The notes under the pieces are model-generated. The model did no database searches, was not told where the DNA came from, and was given only the letters and a program-made list of their open reading frames with translations. A stretch of DNA of 64,000 bases, from the NCBI GenBank assembly GCA_036502925.1, contig DASXXS010000190.1:1251-65250 (forward strand). The letters run 5' to 3'. This DNA is from Xanthobacteraceae bacterium. Lineage in GTDB: Bacteria; Pseudomonadota; Alphaproteobacteria; Rhizobiales; Xanthobacteraceae. A program made the translations under genes and the position numbers. Shown here piece after piece: positions 36,839 to 48,194 of this stretch; within the stretch, counting starts at the first letter, position 1; every line of letters starts with the position of its first letter.

Positions 36839-37042
36839 ATGTTGAACTCGCTCCTCGCTCATAAGGTTGCCGTCGGCCGGATACTCAGCGTGATCGGCGC
36901 GACGGCAACCGTCGTGATCTTCGAATATTTCTTTGAATTGGCTTGGTATATATCGGTTCCGGTCGGCGCCCTGGCCTACGTAACAATGCCCATGCTGTGG
37001 ACCGAGTTGCTTGATTCTGTTGTGCTCCGATCCCCGCGTTGA
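36839..37042 (+). CDS. Possible small two-TM membrane protein
   Basis: 67-aa ORF with two hydrophobic spans, ending 8 nt before the rpoD start. No other support. Confidence 0.3.
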   Translation: MLNSLLAHKVAVGRILSVIGATATVVIFEYFFELAWYISVPVGALAYVTMPMLWTELLDSVVLRSPR

Positions 37043-37049
37043 GCTGAAT

Positions 37050-39134
<2,085 letters not shown>

Positions 39135-39293
39135 AAAGCCATGAATCCGCCCGAGCCGCGGCTCCGGCGCCATGCCAGATATATCTTTGCCGCGCAGGGC
39201 TGGTTTTTCCGCGGTTTCTGCTTAACTTCGATAGCGGGGGCTGGGGTGATTTGATTCATGTTTTGTATATCGTTTTGATGAAGGAATCGAGCA

Positions 39294-39563
39294 ATGGCGC
39301 GACAAGACAGCAAGACCATAACACTGGCGCAACCCGCCCCGATCGTCGAAGAGCCGGTGCCGGAGCTCCTGGGCCGGCGCAAGAGGCCGGAGGTCGGCCA
39401 ATTCCGCCTGCTGGTGGATCGGCAGACGAAGGCGTCGTTTGCAACCTATGAAGCTGCCGAGAAGGCAGCGATGGCGATCAAGACCGGGCATCCGATCGTA
39501 AGCGTGGTGGTCTACGACGCGAAAGAGGGCGAAAACCACGTGATGGAGTTGGCGAAAGAGTAA
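39294..39563 (+). CDS. Hypothetical small protein (89 aa)
   Basis: GAAGGAA upstream of the ATG. Host-like codon bias. No family recognised. Confidence 0.5.
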   Translation: MARQDSKTITLAQPAPIVEEPVPELLGRRKRPEVGQFRLLVDRQTKASFATYEAAEKAAMAIKTGHPIVSVVVYDAKEGENHVMELAKE

Positions 39564-39830
39564 TTCCTGTAACGCGGCATGCACAGTTTGTTTACCCGCG
39601 GCTCCCAGCGAATCGGCCGCTCCCTGTTCGTTCCTCGGGAACGTAGAGCGAACGCAGCAACAATCTGAGGCCGGTCGTGATGTCGTTCCTGCGAAAGCAG
39701 GGACCAATGCGCCGTGTCCTTTCGGTCGGCTGCGGCTGCAAGGCCCGTCGAAGAGCATCAGGGCGTTTACCCCCGTCTTCGAGCGTGTGAAGAAACCTGC
39801 CGAAGGGACATGAGGCGTCCGCTAGAAATG

Positions 39831-39860
39831 ATTGCAGCTCGGACGTACCCGAGCTGCAAT
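39831..39860 (-). terminator. Perfect 12-bp stem / 6-nt loop hairpin between convergent genes
   Basis: ATTGCAGCTCGG-acgtac-CCGAGCTGCAAT, starting 36 nt past the stop of the minus-strand gene at 39896. On the minus strand it is followed by CATTTCT, a weak U-tract. Confidence 0.55.
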
Positions 39861-39895
39861 GCGATGATTGACGTTCTTTCGGTCGCGCGGCCCGT

Positions 39896-42055
39896 TCACC
39901 TCGCCAGCGGATCGGGCCGCATCTGGAAGTGCACGATCTTGGGCGACGTTCCCTTGCCGCCCTCGAGATGGAACGGCGTCCTGTTGCCGGTGTTCGACCA
40001 CACGCCGCGGCCTTTCCAGCCGGCATTGGGATCGTCGATGCGCCCGTCGAGCGCTTTGGCCCAGAACCCCATGGGATAGGGCACGACCAGGTTGATCATC
40101 TTGCCGTCCTTGAGGGCGATCAGCGAGTCGTTCTGGTTGCCGGTGGCGAACGGAACATCGTTGCCGAGCCCGAACGTGTTGTGCTGGTCGACCCACGCGT
40201 AGTAGGGGGTCTCGCCGCTGCCGTTGTCGGTGACATTGCCGAGCTGCGGTCCCGGCAACGGATAGAGCGTCCAGCCCTCCGGGCAGTGATTGCCGGTTGC
40301 GGTCGGGCCGTTGAGCGGGCCTTTGCACTTGCTGCGGTCGAAGGCGCCGAGATGGCCGCTCGCGAGCGCCGACCACATCACGCCTTTGCTATCGATGTCG
40401 GCGCCGCGCGGCGAGTAGCCCGGCAGCGGCACGTTATAGATTTCCGACAGCGCGGTCGCGGGCGGGTTCGAGCCCGGATCGACCCGCACCACGGAGCCCG
40501 GATATCCGGTCACCGAGCCCCAGATCGTATTATCGGCCGGGTTCGGCGCAACCGCATAGAAGCCGACCCGGATGCGCTTCTGCTTGGCGGGATCGACCGG
40601 CTGGTTCGGCTCGACATATTCACCGCCGCGGTGGCCGAGGCCGTTGGTGTCGAGAATGAACGCGGTCCAGCCTTGCGCCTTGGCCTCGTCGCCGGTCTCT
40701 TCCAGGACCTTGGTATTGATCCATCCCAGCACTTCGGCGCCGATGCCGCCCGAGCTTGCCCACAGCGTGCGGTCCTTGTCGAAGCCGAACTGCACGTGAT
40801 GGGTCGGGAAGCAGGTATCCACCAGCGTGAACTTCTTGGTGTCCGGGTCGAGCATCGCGACTTCGCGGTTCGACTTGTCGATAGGGAACAGCTTCGCCGA
40901 CGGATGGTCCGAGCCCTTCTTGCAGTAGTCGGGATTGTTCACACCGCGGATGCGCGCCGCGTACCAGACCCGCGCCTTTTCATCCAGCATCAGGCTGTGC
41001 GGGATGGTCTGCGAGGTCCAGAGCTTCTCGTCGCCCCAATACGCCGACGGTGCGTACATTTCGGTCGAAAGGTTCGAGGGTGTCTTGGGATCGCGCACCG
41101 GAATCTTCACGCTCGTGGCGACGCTCTTGACCGGATCGAGAATCGGCACGTTGTCGGTGCTGTTCTCGGTCGCGCCGTAGAGCGATCCGTAGGCGTTGAT
41201 CGTGGGGTTGCGCTTGTCGGTGGCGATCTCGTCATGGAGATAGGTCTTGGGGCCGGACCAGTCCCAGACCGTGATGACGACATTGCGCTCCAGGCCTTGC
41301 GGGCGCGGCGGCTTAGAGGCGGGAAGCTCGCCTTTGGCGATCCGATCGGTCCAATCGCCGAGCATCTTCAAGCCACGCTCGGTGCCATAGCGCTCGATGG
41401 TCTCGACCATCTCCTTGCTGGCTTGACCGGACTGGATGCGCCGGGTCCAGGCCTCGTATCCGGAGTTGAACTTGCCGAACTCTTGCGGGATCGTGCGGGT
41501 CGCCTTGGTGCCGATGGCGTGGCAGTGGAAGCAGCCGTCGGTCTTGAACTCCCGCAGGAACTGGGGCTGGGACTTGATGATCGGGTTGATTCCGTTGCCT
41601 TCGCTGCCGGGAAACTCGTTCTTGGCCGGAACATTGAGCATCGAAAGCCAGTAGATGGGCGGATAGTATTCGGCCGCCGCGGCCTCGTTCGGCGCCGGCA
41701 CCGCGGTCAGGTTGAGGAGCTTGCCGGGCGCGGTCGCAACCTTGGGCGAATCGATCAGGCCGTAGCCGCGGACCCACACGCTGTAATTGGCTTTCGGCAA
41801 ATCAGGCATCACGTAGCGCCCCTGATCGTCGGTCACGACGATCTTGGCCATCTTGGTGGGAAGATCGGTCGTTTCCGCGATCACCCACACGCCGGCTTCC
41901 GGTCCGTTGGGTCCGCTGACGACGCCGCCGAGGTCGGTATCGCCGATGCTGACCACTGCGGTCTGCTGCGCACTGAGCTGCGCCGGCGCGCCGGCCAAAA
42001 CGGCGGCGATGGCGATGGCCGCGACGCTCAAATACAAAGCGCTTCTTCTCCTCAT
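39896..42055 (-). CDS. Secreted protein: carboxypeptidase-regulatory-like beta-sandwich + single CxxCH haem-c motif + beta-propeller-like C-terminal region
   Basis: Start MRRRSALYLSVAAIAIAAVLAGAPAQLSA at 42055, with AAGGAG upstream. GVWVIAETTDLPTKMAKIVVTDDQGRYVMPDLPKANYSVWVRGYG. CFHCH. The upstream 170 codons of ORF 39896..42565 are an antisense shadow of the neighbouring Bug gene. Confidence 0.8.
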   Translation of the reverse strand: MRRRSALYLSVAAIAIAAVLAGAPAQLSAQQTAVVSIGDTDLGGVVSGPNGPEAGVWVIAETTDLPTKMAKIVVTDDQGRYVMPDLPKANYSVWVRGYGLIDSPKVATAPGKLLNLTAVPAPNEAAAAEYYPPIYWLSMLNVPAKNEFPGSEGNGINPIIKSQPQFLREFKTDGCFHCHAIGTKATRTIPQEFGKFNSGYEAWTRRIQSGQASKEMVETIERYGTERGLKMLGDWTDRIAKGELPASKPPRPQGLERNVVITVWDWSGPKTYLHDEIATDKRNPTINAYGSLYGATENSTDNVPILDPVKSVATSVKIPVRDPKTPSNLSTEMYAPSAYWGDEKLWTSQTIPHSLMLDEKARVWYAARIRGVNNPDYCKKGSDHPSAKLFPIDKSNREVAMLDPDTKKFTLVDTCFPTHHVQFGFDKDRTLWASSGGIGAEVLGWINTKVLEETGDEAKAQGWTAFILDTNGLGHRGGEYVEPNQPVDPAKQKRIRVGFYAVAPNPADNTIWGSVTGYPGSVVRVDPGSNPPATALSEIYNVPLPGYSPRGADIDSKGVMWSALASGHLGAFDRSKCKGPLNGPTATGNHCPEGWTLYPLPGPQLGNVTDNGSGETPYYAWVDQHNTFGLGNDVPFATGNQNDSLIALKDGKMINLVVPYPMGFWAKALDGRIDDPNAGWKGRGVWSNTGNRTPFHLEGGKGTSPKIVHFQMRPDPLAR

Positions 42056-42284
42056 GTGCCTGCTCCTTTGTTTTCTCCACGGGCGCCCTGGCTCCGTGCC
42101 TCCACCGACGCAATGATAGCACAATTCGACAGGCTGTCTTTGCGAATTGGCCGCGGACATCGGGTGGTTCCCGCCGCAGCAAGTCGGGCTTGCTTGGCCA
42201 GGATGGCCCTCGCGGCTCGCGTGCAAGCCCGGGGCAAAGCCCGGCCCCTGGCGCTTTTTCAGCTGCCGCAATACCGTGGCGGCC

Positions 42285-43328
42285 ATGATCGCATCATGTG
42301 CCGCCTTCGACTTCTTATTTGCGCTTGTGGTGGTTTCGCCGCGGCGGGGACGTGCGATCGAGCGATTTGTTGCTGTTCTGCTTGCTCTCACGGCTGCGAT
42401 GGCGCCGGCCGCTGCGCAGGATTGGCCGCTGCGGCCGGTGACCATGGTGGTTTCGTTCGCCGCGGGCGGCGGCGCCGACGTCATGGGGCGTCTACTGGCG
42501 CAGCGCCTCTCTGAGCTTTTGGGCCAGCAGGTGATCGTCGAAAACGTCCCCGGCGCCGGCGGCATGACCGGGACCAGCCGGGTGGCGCGGGCCGCCCCCG
42601 ACGGCTATCAACTCGCGCTCGGCAGCGTTGGCACCCATGCCTACAATCAGACGCTCTACAAGCGGCCGCTCTACAATGCGACGACCGATTTTGCGCCGGT
42701 CGCCTTGATCGCCGAGACCCCGCAGGTGCTGGTGACGCGCAAGGATTTGCCTGTCAGCAACCTGCCGGAGTTCATCGCCTATGCCAAGGCAAACCAGGCC
42801 GGGATGCAATATGGCTCGGCCGGAACCGGTTCCCCCACCCATCTCGCCTGCTCGCTGCTCAACGCGGTGATCGGCGTCGACGTCACACATATTCCCTATC
42901 GCGGCGCCGCCCCGACGATGCAGGATCTGATCGCCGGCCGGATCGACTACCAATGCCCCAATACCACGGTCGCGCTGCCGCAGATCGAGAGCGCGACCAT
43001 CAAGGCGATCGCGATCATGACGCACGAGCGCTCGCCGGTCTTGCCGGATTTGGCCTCGGCCGATGAGCAGGGCCTCACCGGTTTCGAAGCCTCCATCTGG
43101 TACGGCATCTTCCTGCCCAAAGGCACGCCCGCGGCCATCATTCGCAAGCTCCACGAGGCCGCCGTCGCCACCATGGAAACGCCGTGGGTGCGCGAGCGGC
43201 TCAAGGAGATCGGCGCGACCGTGGTGGCACCGGGGCGCAGGTCGCCTGAATATCTGCAAAAATTCGTCGAGAGCGAAATCGCGAAATGGGCGGCACCCAT
43301 CAGAGCGGCAAACATCACGGGGGAGTGA
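42285..43328 (+). CDS. Bug/TctC family periplasmic solute-binding protein
   Basis: WPLRPVTMVVSFAAGGGADVMGR and IPYRGAAPTMQDLIAGRID. Paralog of 22947..23939. The start may instead be GTG 42327. Confidence 0.85.
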   Translation: MIASCAAFDFLFALVVVSPRRGRAIERFVAVLLALTAAMAPAAAQDWPLRPVTMVVSFAAGGGADVMGRLLAQRLSELLGQQVIVENVPGAGGMTGTSRVARAAPDGYQLALGSVGTHAYNQTLYKRPLYNATTDFAPVALIAETPQVLVTRKDLPVSNLPEFIAYAKANQAGMQYGSAGTGSPTHLACSLLNAVIGVDVTHIPYRGAAPTMQDLIAGRIDYQCPNTTVALPQIESATIKAIAIMTHERSPVLPDLASADEQGLTGFEASIWYGIFLPKGTPAAIIRKLHEAAVATMETPWVRERLKEIGATVVAPGRRSPEYLQKFVESEIAKWAAPIRAANITGE

Positions 43329-43441
43329 TGTCGCGGCGCCTTGGCGCGGTGCTGGCCGTCGTGCGCGGATTGGGCTAGGCTTGATCTGCAAGCTGCTTTC
43401 GCCGCGCCTCCGGCCGCGGCGATCTGGTCGGGAGCCCTGCC

Positions 43442-44188
43442 GTGATGCGGATCAGTCGATGCCTGCTGGCGCTTGCGGCGCTGCTTTTAAGTCAAATCAG
43501 CTACGCGCGCGCCGCCGAGCAGGTCGACCTGCTGCTCGCCCTGGCCATGGATGTGTCGCGCAGCATGGAACAGCCGAAATTCCTGCTGCAGCGCGAGGGC
43601 TATGCGGCCGCCATCACCAATCCGCAGGTTCTCGATGCGATCAAATCCGGCGCCCACCAGAAGATCGCCATCTGCTTCATCGATTGGTCGGGTGCCGGCG
43701 AGCAGAGGCTGGTGATCGATTGGAGCGTCATCGACGGAGCCGACAGCGCACGCCGCTTCGGTGACCTGATCTTCGAGGCCCCGCGCTCTTTCAACGACCG
43801 CACCTCGATCGGCGGCGGTATCACCTTCGCCGCCGCACAGATCGCCCGCGCGCCGTTCGAGGCCGAACGCCATGCCATCGACGTGTCGGGCGACGGCACC
43901 AACAATGCGGGTCGCGACGTGCAGCTGGCGCGCGATCAGGCGGTCGCCAAGGGCATCGTGGTCAACGGGATTCCGATCCTGACCGAGCTGCAATATTCGC
44001 GCATCCCCGAGCACACCAATCCGCCCGGCGGCCTCGAAAAGTACTACCGCGACAACGTCATCGGCGGCCCCGGCTCATTCGTGATGGTGGCGGAGGACTT
44101 CAGCTCGTTCGGCCGCGCCATGGTGAAGAAGCTGATCGCCGAGATCGCCAGCGGCCCGCTGCGGCACCGCACCGCAGCGGCGCGCTGA
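43442..44188 (+). CDS. DUF1194 (vWA-like) secreted protein
   Basis: VDLLLALAMDVSRSM, IDVSGDGTNN and VNGIPIL motifs as I recall for DUF1194. Signal peptide present. Start GTG 43442 or ATG 43445. Confidence 0.8.
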   Translation: MMRISRCLLALAALLLSQISYARAAEQVDLLLALAMDVSRSMEQPKFLLQREGYAAAITNPQVLDAIKSGAHQKIAICFIDWSGAGEQRLVIDWSVIDGADSARRFGDLIFEAPRSFNDRTSIGGGITFAAAQIARAPFEAERHAIDVSGDGTNNAGRDVQLARDQAVAKGIVVNGIPILTELQYSRIPEHTNPPGGLEKYYRDNVIGGPGSFVMVAEDFSSFGRAMVKKLIAEIASGPLRHRTAAAR

Positions 44189-44198
44189 CCGCTTTTTC

Positions 44199-45326
44199 TC
44201 ACCGGCTGGCCGTGGTCATTCCCTTGAACGTGAGCTTCTGCAGGCCGCTGGTGGTCTGCGCGATATAGATGTTGCCTTTCGAATCCGTCTGGATGTGATG
44301 GCCGGCTCCGATCATGCCGGCGACCTTGATCATCCCGACCGCGTCGAGGGTCTTGCGGTCGACGATCAAGATGTCTTTGTCGCCGCCGACATAGAGGAAC
44401 TGCTGCTCGCGGTCGGGGGAGAAGGCGAGATTCTTCGCGAACGGGGCGGCGGTACGGATCAGCTGCTTCACGAACGTGCCGTCCGGCAGGAACATCTGCA
44501 CGCGCCGGTTCTCCCGGTCCGCCACGTAGACCGTCCCGTCGCTGTTGGCCACCCGGATGGCATGCACGATGCTGAAGTTGGCGGGGCCCTGGGCGTCCGG
44601 GAAGCTCTTCGGGCTCACGATCTCGCAGTGATCGTCATCCATCGGCTTGCTGCCGAAGGCGCCCCACATTCGCCTGAACGCGCCGGTATCCGCATCGAAG
44701 ACCGCGACCCGGTGATTGCCGTAACCATCGGCCACGTACAATTCATTGGTCTGCGGATGGACCCAGACGTCCGCCGGCCGGTGCAGGTTGGCGGTGTCGG
44801 CATTGCCTTTGCTTTGGTTGCTGCGGCCGATCTGCATCACGAACTTGCCGTCCTGCGTGAACTTCAGCAATTGATCGTCCGCGACCGGCTTCAAGCCCGG
44901 GAGGCCGTTGGTGGGACAGCTGTTGCCGCCGATCCAGACGAAGCCCTTGTAGTCGATATGGATGCCGTGCTCGCGCTCGGGCCATTCAAATCCGCCGCCG
45001 GCGCCGCCCCAGGCCTTGATGTTGTTGCCGGCCGGGTCGAACACCATGACGGGCGGCGCCGCCATCGCGGCCTGCTCGGGCTTGAGGGTGCGCGGACGGT
45101 GCAGCAGCCAGACATTGTCCTGCGCGTCGACCGCGAAGCTCGAAGCATCGCCGAGCTTCCATTTGGGCGGCACCTTGGGCCAGGCGGCATCCACCTCGAA
45201 CACCGGCAGGCCGCGCGCGGCGGGCGTTTGCGCGATCGCCTGGCTGCCGAGAAGCCATCCGCTTTGTGCCGCCGGCACGAGGACCGATGCAACCAGAACG
45301 GCTCGACCTAAAGTCTCGAATCTCAT
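44199..45326 (-). CDS. Secreted NHL-repeat / peptidylglycine-lyase-like beta-propeller protein
   Basis: Start MRFETLGRAVLVASVLVPAAQ with GGGAGG upstream. Repeated blades with ...VYVADRENRRVQMF... and ...LYVADGYGNHRVAVF... Confidence 0.8.
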   Translation of the reverse strand: MRFETLGRAVLVASVLVPAAQSGWLLGSQAIAQTPAARGLPVFEVDAAWPKVPPKWKLGDASSFAVDAQDNVWLLHRPRTLKPEQAAMAAPPVMVFDPAGNNIKAWGGAGGGFEWPEREHGIHIDYKGFVWIGGNSCPTNGLPGLKPVADDQLLKFTQDGKFVMQIGRSNQSKGNADTANLHRPADVWVHPQTNELYVADGYGNHRVAVFDADTGAFRRMWGAFGSKPMDDDHCEIVSPKSFPDAQGPANFSIVHAIRVANSDGTVYVADRENRRVQMFLPDGTFVKQLIRTAAPFAKNLAFSPDREQQFLYVGGDKDILIVDRKTLDAVGMIKVAGMIGAGHHIQTDSKGNIYIAQTTSGLQKLTFKGMTTASR

Positions 45327-45406
45327 GGCTACCTCCCGGGTTTCACGCGTTGTGGGAGCCGCGTGTCTGCTTGCATCGCGTGGTGTTGGCTGCACGCGTC
45401 GTCCGT

Positions 45407-45506
45407 GTCCCGGCCATTAGCGCGTGTACGCGCGTCTTCGACGCGCCATGAGCCGGGACCGTTCCAGGCTCGGAGGTTGGAACGGTCCAGGCTCAGGGCC
45501 GGGACA
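45407..45506. repeat. REP-like palindromic element, type A, copy 2 (with a ~31-nt insertion in the first hairpin)
   Basis: GTCCCGGCC-[attagcgcgtgtacgcgcgtcttcgacgcgc]-CATGAGCCGGGACCGTTCC...GGAACGGTCCAGGCTCAGGGCCGGGAC. Confidence 0.75.
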
Positions 45507-45725
45507 GGGCAGGATAGACCGCCTGCGTCCGAGGGTCGAGGCGACTCTTGACTTGAAAAAGCGCAGGCGGAGCGCTGCCCGCCTGCCCTGATCCTCGAAA
45601 CCGGCGTCTCGGTCGCAATTTACATCGGCGCAAAAACCCGGATGCAGCCGCATCCGCCGCCCGCCGCGCCTTCCGGGGGGTACACTTGTTGAATATGGTC
45701 ACGGAATCGTTCACATCGGCGGATC

Positions 45726-47147
45726 ATGTCTCCCGCCACCAAACCGAAACTCGTCGCCATGATCGTCGCGTCGGCGATCATCATGCAGCAGATCGACGCC
45801 ACCGTGATCACCACGGCACTGCCGCAGATGGCGATCTCGCTCAATTCGGACCCGGTCTCGCTCAGCGTGGCGATCACCGCCTATCTGCTCAGCGTGGCGG
45901 TCTTCATCCCGGTCAGCGGCTGGGCCGCGGATCGGTTCGGCGGGCGCACCGTCTTCCGGGCCGCCATCGCGCTGTTCACCTTGGGCTCCATCCTGTGCGG
46001 GCTGAGCAACAACGCGGTCGAGCTCACCGCCGCCCGGGTGCTGCAGGGCCTCGGGGGCGCCATGATGGTGCCGGTAGGCCGGCTCGTCCTGTTCCGCAGC
46101 GTCGAGCGCTCGCAGCTGGTGCGCACCATGGCCTATCTGCAGGTGCCGGCGCAGCTCGGCCCGGTGCTCGGGCCGCCCATCGGCGGCTTCATCACCACCT
46201 ACTTCTCCTGGCGCTGGATCTTCCTGGTGAACGTGCCGCTCGGGATTCTCGGGATCGCGCTAGTGACGCTCTTCTTCGACAATCCGAAGGAGGACGCGCC
46301 GCGCCCGTTGGACTGGCTCGGTTTCCTGCTCACCGGCCTCTCGCTCTCCTGCATCCTCTACGGCATCGAGGCGATCGGGCGCGGCCTCAACAATGCGGCG
46401 GCGGCCATCGCATTGCTGGGCGTCGGCGTCAGCCTCGGCGCCTTCGCGCTGCGGCATCTGCGGCGTTATGCACATCCGCTGCTCAATCTGTCGATCTTCC
46501 GCATCCCGACCTTCCGGGCCAGCATCGGCGGCGGCTCGCTGTTCCGCGCCGGGGCCGGCAGCCTGGTCTTCCTGTTGCCGCTCCTGCTGCAGGTCGTGTT
46601 CGGCATGACGGCCTTCGCCTCCGGCGTCCTCACCTTCGCCAGCGCGGCCGGGGCCATGTCCATGAAGGCGACGGCGCGGCCGATCCTCAAGCGCTTCGGC
46701 TTCCGCAACGTCATCATCGTCAACGGGATCATCAGCGCGGCCTCCATCGCCATGTGCGCCTTCTTCACCGGCGCAACCCCGGTCCCGCTCATCTTCGTCC
46801 TGCTGCTGGTCGCCGGCTTCTTTCAATCGCTGCAGTTCACCGCCACCCAGGCGATCGCCTATGCGGACATCACCAATCCGCAGATGAGCACCGCCACCAG
46901 CATCGCCAGCATGGCGCAGCAGCTCAGCCGCGGCTTCGGGGTCGCCATCGTGGCGGTGCTGCTGCATCTGTCGCTGGCCTGGCGCGGCGCCACCGAGCTT
47001 GGCCTGTTCGACTTCCGGGTCGCCTTCGCCGGGGCCACCGTGCTGGTGCTCTGCTGCCTCGCCTTCTGCCTGCCGCTCGCCGCCGATGCCGCTGCCGAGG
47101 TCAGCGGTCACCGGCCCAAATCGGCCCCGGACTTGTCCCGGCCTTGA
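45726..47147 (+). CDS. MFS transporter (14-TM DHA2/EmrB-like)
   Basis: 473 aa. GWAADRFGGRTVF motif A and LQGLGGAMMVPVG. The stop codon lies inside REP type A copy 3. Confidence 0.88.
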   Translation: MSPATKPKLVAMIVASAIIMQQIDATVITTALPQMAISLNSDPVSLSVAITAYLLSVAVFIPVSGWAADRFGGRTVFRAAIALFTLGSILCGLSNNAVELTAARVLQGLGGAMMVPVGRLVLFRSVERSQLVRTMAYLQVPAQLGPVLGPPIGGFITTYFSWRWIFLVNVPLGILGIALVTLFFDNPKEDAPRPLDWLGFLLTGLSLSCILYGIEAIGRGLNNAAAAIALLGVGVSLGAFALRHLRRYAHPLLNLSIFRIPTFRASIGGGSLFRAGAGSLVFLLPLLLQVVFGMTAFASGVLTFASAAGAMSMKATARPILKRFGFRNVIIVNGIISAASIAMCAFFTGATPVPLIFVLLLVAGFFQSLQFTATQAIAYADITNPQMSTATSIASMAQQLSRGFGVAIVAVLLHLSLAWRGATELGLFDFRVAFAGATVLVLCCLAFCLPLAADAAAEVSGHRPKSAPDLSRP

Positions 47148-47201
47148 GCCGGGACCGTTACCAACGCCGGAGTCTGGAACGGTCCCGGCTCAAGGCCGGG
47201 A
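47135..47201. repeat. REP-like palindromic element, type A, copy 3
   Basis: GTCCCGGCCTTGAGCCGGGACCGTTACC...GGAACGGTCCCGGCTCAAGGCCGGGAC, between convergent genes. Confidence 0.85.
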
Positions 47202-47231
47202 CAGGTCGTCGGGATCTGCTGGTGCGTGCCC

Positions 47232-47933
47232 CTAAAAGCCGAGCGCGGCGCGCAGCTCGGCCTTGGCGGCTTCGAAATCCTGCTTGAAGTCCGGATGCGT
47301 CGAGATCGTCTGCGCGATCACGGTGCCGGCGATGCGGCCCGCCTCGATGTCGGACTGGTAGTGGATGCCGCCCACCACGCGGTTCTGACCGAACTCCCAG
47401 GCCCGCGCCATGATCTGGGCGCGCTTCTCCGGCAGCATGTTGGCGAGCTCGATGCCCATCAGGGTGCCGACCGTGGCATGGCCGGACGGATAGGAGCCCG
47501 ATTTCGACAGCGGCACCACCGGCTTGACCAGATCCGAATAGAGGTGCGGGCGCGGGCGCTTCCACACCTCCTTGGCGGGATCGACCACGGCCGCTTCGGT
47601 CTCGACCACGCGGTCGAAGAAGGCGGCGACCTTGGGCAGCCCCGCGGCAGCGAATTTGGGGCTATCGACGACATCGGCGAAGCGCGAGATGTTCTCGGTG
47701 GCGTCCGCGATGGCGCGGGCCTCCATCTCCTTGGTGCGGGTCACCTGGATGGTCAGGATCTCGCCGAGCTCGGCCTTCATCCGAGCGGAGTCGAGCGCGG
47801 GCGGCGGCGGCAGCAGCAACAACAAGTTGATCTCTTTGTTGTCGGAATACGGCTTTGCAGCTTCGGCGTGCAACAGCGCCGGCGCGAAGGCGGTCAGCGC
47901 GACAAAAGCGAGCGCGGTCATGAGTCTGCGCAT
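47232..47933 (-). CDS. Class A (PAP2) acid phosphatase, secreted
   Basis: Start MRRLMTALAFVALTAFAPALLHA. KEVWKRPRP, YPSGHAT and NRVVGGIHYQSD, the three PAP2 motifs. Confidence 0.85.
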   Translation of the reverse strand: MRRLMTALAFVALTAFAPALLHAEAAKPYSDNKEINLLLLLPPPPALDSARMKAELGEILTIQVTRTKEMEARAIADATENISRFADVVDSPKFAAAGLPKVAAFFDRVVETEAAVVDPAKEVWKRPRPHLYSDLVKPVVPLSKSGSYPSGHATVGTLMGIELANMLPEKRAQIMARAWEFGQNRVVGGIHYQSDIEAGRIAGTVIAQTISTHPDFKQDFEAAKAELRAALGF

Positions 47934-48031
47934 TGGATCATCCCTGTGCGAGGAGCGAAGCATGGCTTGGCTTTAGCAGGCGGCAAATGACAGAATCATG
48001 ACGCCTTGGCAGGTAAACGCCCAGTAGCCGT

Positions 48032-48091
48032 ATGGAGCGCTTGCGGAATACGGGAGCGGCGTACCCGGATTACGCGAGCGCTCCATCCGGG
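48032..48091. repeat. Nested inverted-repeat REP-like element, type C (single copy in this window)
   Basis: ATGGAGCGCT (48032-48041) pairs with AGCGCTCCAT (48077-48086). Inner CCCGGAT (48064-48070) pairs with ATCCGGG (48085-48091). Confidence 0.5.
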
Positions 48092-48194
48092 CGACGCCCC
48101 CGGCATCGCGGTTGCTCTTTGCCGGCAAAAACGGCATCAGCTTGCCGGCTCGGTTCGAGACGGTCAATTGGGGCGAATGGGAAGGACGATCATC

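Noticed and set aside
39683-39704. GTCGTTCCTGCGAAAGCAGGGAC hairpin with a GAAA loop, reminiscent of another rhizobial REP class
   Set aside because: There is only one copy in the window, so repeat status cannot be shown from this sequence. It is left unannotated.
39929-42514. 861-aa plus-strand ORF
   Set aside because: It is an antisense shadow of the haem/propeller gene 39896..42055. Its composition is dominated by R, G, A and D/V runs, with no domain signature.
42056-42565. N-terminal 170-codon extension of ORF 39896..42565
   Set aside because: The extension is the antisense of the Bug gene 5' region; the paralogous Bug gene at 22947 gives the same peptide in ORF 22814..23176. A signal peptide with an AAGGAG Shine-Dalgarno starts at 42055.
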